Below are positions 27,941 to 32,000 of a stretch of DNA of 32,000 bases, piece by piece. Within the stretch, counting starts at the first letter, position 1. Each line of letters begins with the position of its first letter. This stretch comes from Halomonadaceae bacterium KBTZ08 (GTDB taxonomy: Bacteria > Pseudomonadota > Gammaproteobacteria > Pseudomonadales > Oleiphilaceae): contig CP182108.1 in the NCBI GenBank assembly GCA_048013405.1, forward strand, positions 2,638,987 to 2,670,986. The letters run 5' to 3'. The notes under the pieces were generated by a model. It was given only the letters and a program-made list of their open reading frames with translations. It did no database searches and was not told the origin of the DNA. A program made the translations under genes and the position numbers.

Positions 27941-28414
27941 ATGACAATGTTTTCATTGTTAAAGAGGGCTGGGATGATGTTGGTTATAGGGGGGGCGGCC
28001 TCACTTACTTATGCGCAACCCTATTTCCAGGTGCCAGCTGATGTCTCTGAGCTGAAAGCTGAACGTCTTAACGGCGTTATATTCCGCTATATCGAATTTT
28101 TTGACTACCCTTGTTTGCGCCTTGAAACGCTGGCCCTGAGCGAGGGGAGTCTATCGGTTGACGCACAAAAAGACATCTGCAGCCTTACTCCCAAAGGAGA
28201 AGATCCGATAACCTTTAAGAAGAATGTGACCTCTGTCGTTTCTGATGATATTAAGGAGCAAGATGCGAGTTTTTCATTTCGTGCAGAGTACGTTCTAGCC
28301 GAAGTAAGTGCGCCAATCTTCTATACCGACTGCAACGTGAAGGTTGAAACGACGGGTGCGCTGGGCGAGGTCAAATGCGGTCCGAGGAAGCAACTCGATC
28401 TTGATGCTGAGTGA
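27941..28414 (+). CDS. Sec-exported small protein with four Cys (candidate periplasmic immunity protein)
   Basis: ATG at 27941 or 27947, just after the upstream stop (27934-27936), with GAGG upstream. MTMFSLLKRAGMMLVIGGAASLTYA/QP is a cleavable signal peptide. The mature protein is about 130 aa with four Cys and no recognisable enzymatic motif. It shares the low G+C of the preceding gene. Confidence 0.55.
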   Translation: MTMFSLLKRAGMMLVIGGAASLTYAQPYFQVPADVSELKAERLNGVIFRYIEFFDYPCLRLETLALSEGSLSVDAQKDICSLTPKGEDPITFKKNVTSVVSDDIKEQDASFSFRAEYVLAEVSAPIFYTDCNVKVETTGALGEVKCGPRKQLDLDAE

Positions 28415-29252
28415 GCCCTTGCTCGGGCGTTGCGTCTTCACCCAGCGCGGTGGGCGCAGGAATGACCATAGGATAGCCCTCTGGAAGTTGAATAACCCGG
28501 CATTGGAGGCCGTAGACCGCTTCCAGGGTTGGGGGTCTCAGCACCTCCTCCGGTGCGCCTTCGGCAAAGACCACGCCGTTGTGGAGCAGCATCATGCGGT
28601 CGGCGTACTGGGCGGCCAGGTTGAGGTCGTGCACCGCCACCAGCAGGGCAACGCCCTGGTCCGCGAGGCGTCGCAGCTCGCGGAAGATCAGTTGCTGGTG
28701 GGCTGGGTCCAGCGCCGAGGAGCATTCATCCAGCAACAGCAGTAGTGGTCCGGGTTGCTCCCAGATCTGCGCCAGCACGCGGGCGAGTTGGACGCGTTGC
28801 TGCTCGCCGCCCGAAAGGGTGGGGACAAGGCGTTCGCCGAGCTGGGCAATGTCCAGGCGGTTCAGGAGTTCGTCGATCACCCGGCGCCGCTGGGCAGTAC
28901 TTTCGCGCGGGCGGCCGAGGGCGATGACTTCCCGCGCCGTCATGGGGAACTGCAGCTCAACGCTCTGGGGCATGACGGCGCGGTGGCGCGCGAGGTCCGA
29001 CTGGCGCCATTCCGACAGGGCGTGTTCGCCAAAGCGAACCCGGTCGGCATCCAGTTCAATCTCGCCGGCCAGTGCCCGGATCAGGGTGGATTTGCCGGCG
29101 CCATTGGGTCCGAGAAGCGTCACCACCTCGCCCGGCTTCAATGTCAGCGAGAGGTCCTGGATGATGGGTTGGCCGCCAAGGTGGACGGAGATGGCGTTGG
29201 CTTCCAGTACCGCGGTGTGTTGGAACAGGGGCGTTGGGTCGTTCGGCATCAT
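28371..29252 (-). CDS. hmuV: Hemin ABC transporter ATP-binding protein HmuV
   Basis: 293 aa. Walker A GPNGAGKST, signature LSGGEQQRV, Walker B LLLLDE. ATGA overlap with hmuU. The C-terminal tail is unusually long and overlaps the convergent gene by 44 nt. Confidence 0.88.
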   Translation of the reverse strand: MMPNDPTPLFQHTAVLEANAISVHLGGQPIIQDLSLTLKPGEVVTLLGPNGAGKSTLIRALAGEIELDADRVRFGEHALSEWRQSDLARHRAVMPQSVELQFPMTAREVIALGRPRESTAQRRRVIDELLNRLDIAQLGERLVPTLSGGEQQRVQLARVLAQIWEQPGPLLLLLDECSSALDPAHQQLIFRELRRLADQGVALLVAVHDLNLAAQYADRMMLLHNGVVFAEGAPEEVLRPPTLEAVYGLQCRVIQLPEGYPMVIPAPTALGEDATPEQGLTQHQDRVASSDRI

Positions 29253-30289
29253 CAGGCAAACCGGTTACGCATCAGTAGAAACAGGAAAAACGGCCCGCCA
29301 AGCAGTGACATGACCAGCCCAATGGGCAGTTCCGCAGGGGCCACGACCACCCGGGCCAGGCAGTCGGCCAGAACGAGCAGGGCGCTGCCGCCCAGCGCGC
29401 AGGCGGGTAACAGGAGCCGGTGGCCGGCCCCGAAGAGCTGGCGCAAAAGGTGGGGGATGACGAGCCCTACGAACCCGATCAGCCCGGTCACCGCAACGGC
29501 CGCGCCCACGCCCAGGGTGGCCAGTACGATGGCGCCGCGTTTGACCCAGTTTGTGGAGTAACCAAGGTGGCCGGCGACGGGCTCGCCCAGCAGAAACGCA
29601 TCCAGCGGCCGAGCCAGCGCAGGTGCCAGCACCAGGGTGGCCAGCATCCAGGGCCCCGCGACCCAAAGGTCCGCCCACCGGGCGTGGGCCAGGCTGCCCA
29701 TGCTCCAGAAGGTGAGCGAGCGCAGCGCGTTGTCGTCCGCGAAATAGGTCAGGATGCCGGTTCCGGCGCCAGCAATGGCATTGATGGCGATGCCCGCGAG
29801 CAGCAGCATGGCGACACTGGTCTGGCCCTGGCGCTGGGCGATCTTCCAGGCACTGAGGGTGGTGATGGCGCCACCGGCGAAGGCGGCCAGCGGCAGCGCC
29901 CATTCTCCGGCGAGCTGGGTCCAGCCCGACAGCGAGGAGCCGCCAAGCACGATCACCGCCACGGCGGCCAGCGCGGCGCCACTGGAGACCCCGATCAGGC
30001 CCGGGTCGGCCAGCGGGTTGCGGAACAGGCCCTGGAGCAGGGCGCCGGAAACCGCCAGTACGGCGCCGGTCAGGGCGCCGAGAAGCAGCCGAGGCAGGCG
30101 CACGTCCCAGACCACGAACTGCGCATTGCTGTCCTGGGGTAACCCGCCAACCATCATGTGGAACAGCTCATGGGTGGCCACCGGATAGGCACCGCTGGAG
30201 AGCGACAATACCGAGGCCATGGCCAGGGCGATGGCAAGGCCGCCATAGCCGATGGCCGGTGGCAGGCGTTGGGCGGTATCAGTGTGCAT
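29252..30289 (-). CDS. hmuU: Hemin ABC transporter permease HmuU (FecCD family)
   Basis: 345-aa polytopic membrane protein with typical FecCD sequence (..RNPLADPGLIGVSSGAAL.., ..LLLAGIAINA..). It lies between hmuT and hmuV. Confidence 0.88.
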   Translation of the reverse strand: MHTDTAQRLPPAIGYGGLAIALAMASVLSLSSGAYPVATHELFHMMVGGLPQDSNAQFVVWDVRLPRLLLGALTGAVLAVSGALLQGLFRNPLADPGLIGVSSGAALAAVAVIVLGGSSLSGWTQLAGEWALPLAAFAGGAITTLSAWKIAQRQGQTSVAMLLLAGIAINAIAGAGTGILTYFADDNALRSLTFWSMGSLAHARWADLWVAGPWMLATLVLAPALARPLDAFLLGEPVAGHLGYSTNWVKRGAIVLATLGVGAAVAVTGLIGFVGLVIPHLLRQLFGAGHRLLLPACALGGSALLVLADCLARVVVAPAELPIGLVMSLLGGPFFLFLLMRNRFA

Positions 30290-31136
30290 CGGCGGTTGCC
30301 TTGGCTTGCGGTACCACGGAGGCGACCTCGGCCATTGCCTTGGGCAGCCGGGGCCCGAAGCCCAGAAGGAGCATGGCGTTGGCGCTCAGGTGGTGCCCCT
30401 GGTTCCAGGCGTCGAGCTTCCTGAGCGCTGGCCAGTCGTCCGCCGCGAACTGTCCGGGGTTGGCTTCGGCGATGACGATGGCGTCCGGCGCGGCGGCGAG
30501 AAAAGACTCCCGGCTGGCCGGCTTATACCCGGAGACGTCCTGCAGGGCGTTTTCAAGACCCAGCGAGGCCAGCAGGGCATCCGCCGAGGTGTCCTGGCCC
30601 GCGAGCATCAGCCCACGGTTGCCGGCGGCCAACAGAACCAGGACCCGGGCTTGGGCCTTGCCTTTCATTGTCTGGCGGATCGCCTTGATTCGCTTGGCCA
30701 TGGTCTGGGTCAGCTCCTGGGCTTGGCGTTCGCGATTGACGAGATCGCCAACCCGGCGGATGCGTTCCATGGCGGCCTCGGGGGTGCGCGCCACTGGCAG
30801 CTGGAAGACGCTGACGCCGGCGTTTTCAATCCGCCGCAGCGTCTTGTCCGGCCCGGCCTCTTCCGTGGTGATCAGCCGGGTTGGCTTCAGCGACAGGATG
30901 CCTTCCAGAGGGAGCGCGCGCAGATAACCAACCTTGGGGAGCTTGTTCACGACCCTGGGCGGGTAGTGACTGGTGGTATCCACCGCCACCAGTTGGTCCG
31001 CCGCGCCTAGCGCGGCGATGGTTTCGGTGATGGCGCCGTCGGCGCTGATGGTTCTGGGTTCAGCGTGAGCCGTTGATGCGAACGTGATGAACACCAACGA
31101 CCACAAGAGGGCGAGCCTTGGAGCGGTGCGTGTCAT
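30279..31136 (-). CDS. hmuT: Hemin ABC transporter periplasmic binding protein HmuT
   Basis: 285 aa. Signal peptide MTRTAPRLALLWSLVFITFASTAHA. Class III (helical backbone) SBP-like sequence. Overlaps hmuU by 11 nt. Confidence 0.85.
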   Translation of the reverse strand: MTRTAPRLALLWSLVFITFASTAHAEPRTISADGAITETIAALGAADQLVAVDTTSHYPPRVVNKLPKVGYLRALPLEGILSLKPTRLITTEEAGPDKTLRRIENAGVSVFQLPVARTPEAAMERIRRVGDLVNRERQAQELTQTMAKRIKAIRQTMKGKAQARVLVLLAAGNRGLMLAGQDTSADALLASLGLENALQDVSGYKPASRESFLAAAPDAIVIAEANPGQFAADDWPALRKLDAWNQGHHLSANAMLLLGFGPRLPKAMAEVASVVPQAKATADAH

Positions 31137-32000
31137 GATTCAGTCTCGTCCTGAAAGTCAACGTCCACCCAGCGCACCTTGGGGTGGCCGCTGGTGCCGG
31201 CGTCGTTGTAATAGCTGACTACCTGGAGCGCGTAGACCGGGGCCTGTTCGTCGGTCCTGTCGGTATCGATCAGGTAGACCCGGTAGTTGGGCCAGAGTTG
31301 ATGTTCGCCCTGAAGGTTGTAGGCGTACCAGGATTGGTCGGAGAAGATGCCGCCGGTGGTGTCGGCGCGGTAATGGCCGGTGATGTCACCCCCTTCGGGG
31401 CTTGTGGTGGCGCTGTTGTAGTTCTTGGCCTCGCTCCAGGCCATGGGGCCGAAAACGCCCGCGTCGCCGTTGCCGGAGACGCCGCTGTTGCTGCGCAGGT
31501 ACAGGTTCCGTTCCTGCACGCCCACCTTGATGTCCCAGCTGCTGGCGGTGTCGCAGTCAACACTGGCGTTGCTGTCAAAGTCGAAGCAGGCTTCGCCGCC
31601 GCTGCTTGGCAGTGTGCCCGAGAATGACGCGCTCGTGGCGAAGGCGCTGTTGCCCGCGGGCTGGACGTCGAAATCGAACTGGAACTCGGCGCCGCCATTG
31701 GCGGCCGGGTAATCGAACTGGTTCACCCTGAGCCGGGCGTAGCTGTCGCCCTCAGCCGAGCGAAGCAGCCAGCCATTGTCCGGGTTGGCGGACACGGTGT
31801 GGGTCTCCCGGTTGTAGGTGTACCAGGCGTCCCCGAATTCCGTGACGACGGCGTCGCTGGTCCAGGAGTCGGGGGCGCTCAGGGTGGCCAGCAGGTGTTC
31901 CTTTTCGCTGTCCGCCGTAGCGTTCAGGAAGACGCTGGCGTTGGGGGAGCCGTCCTCGGTGTAGAAGTCCGACTGGGCCACACCGACCGCGCCGGCCACA
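31133..32000 (-). CDS. HmuY-like heme-binding family protein, C-terminal part (gene continues beyond the window end)
   Basis: The open frame runs to the window edge and ends with an ATGA overlap onto hmuT. Segments such as ..WDIKVGVQERNLYLRSNSGVSGNGDAGVFG.. and ..YALQVVSYYN.. resemble the HmuY family. The heme-uptake context supports this. Confidence 0.5.
   Translation of the reverse strand, partial: VAGAVGVAQSDFYTEDGSPNASVFLNATADSEKEHLLATLSAPDSWTSDAVVTEFGDAWYTYNRETHTVSANPDNGWLLRSAEGDSYARLRVNQFDYPAANGGAEFQFDFDVQPAGNSAFATSASFSGTLPSSGGEACFDFDSNASVDCDTASSWDIKVGVQERNLYLRSNSGVSGNGDAGVFGPMAWSEAKNYNSATTSPEGGDITGHYRADTTGGIFSDQSWYAYNLQGEHQLWPNYRVYLIDTDRTDEQAPVYALQVVSYYNDAGTSGHPKVRWVDVDFQDETES

Overview
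High-GC gammaproteobacterial chromosome segment. The gene order murU-amgK / lptD-surA-pdxA-rsmA-apaH matches Pseudomonas/Marinobacter-type genomes. Positions 1-9.3 kb are conserved housekeeping: envelope biogenesis, PLP synthesis, 16S rRNA methylation, Ap4A hydrolase and thiSG. From about 9.3/10.5 kb to about 28.4 kb lies an accessory/defence region with no tRNA or integrase visible at its edges. It holds: (1) an orphan periplasmic solute-binding protein; (2) a 3-repeat trailer remnant of a type I-C-like CRISPR array; (3) a complete IS21-family element (istA/istB) whose other flank is a truncated type I-F repeat; (4) a type I-F array of 64 identical repeats; (5) a complete minus-strand I-F cas operon (cas1, cas2-3, csy1, csy2, csy3, cas6f); (6) an HTH-WYL regulator directly upstream of and co-oriented with cas1; (7) a sharply AT-richer two-gene cassette, divergent from the WYL gene. 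That cassette encodes a peptidoglycan-binding plus pesticin/T4-lysozyme-like protein without a signal peptide, followed by a Sec-exported small four-Cys protein. Positions 28.4-32 kb are a minus-strand hemin uptake operon (HmuY-like gene, hmuT, hmuU, hmuV). The best candidates for something new are the IS21-mediated junction of two different CRISPR systems, the WYL regulator wired to the I-F operon, and the WYL-adjacent lysozyme-like/exported-protein pair. All calls come from reading the sequence and ORF translations by eye; no database search was possible.
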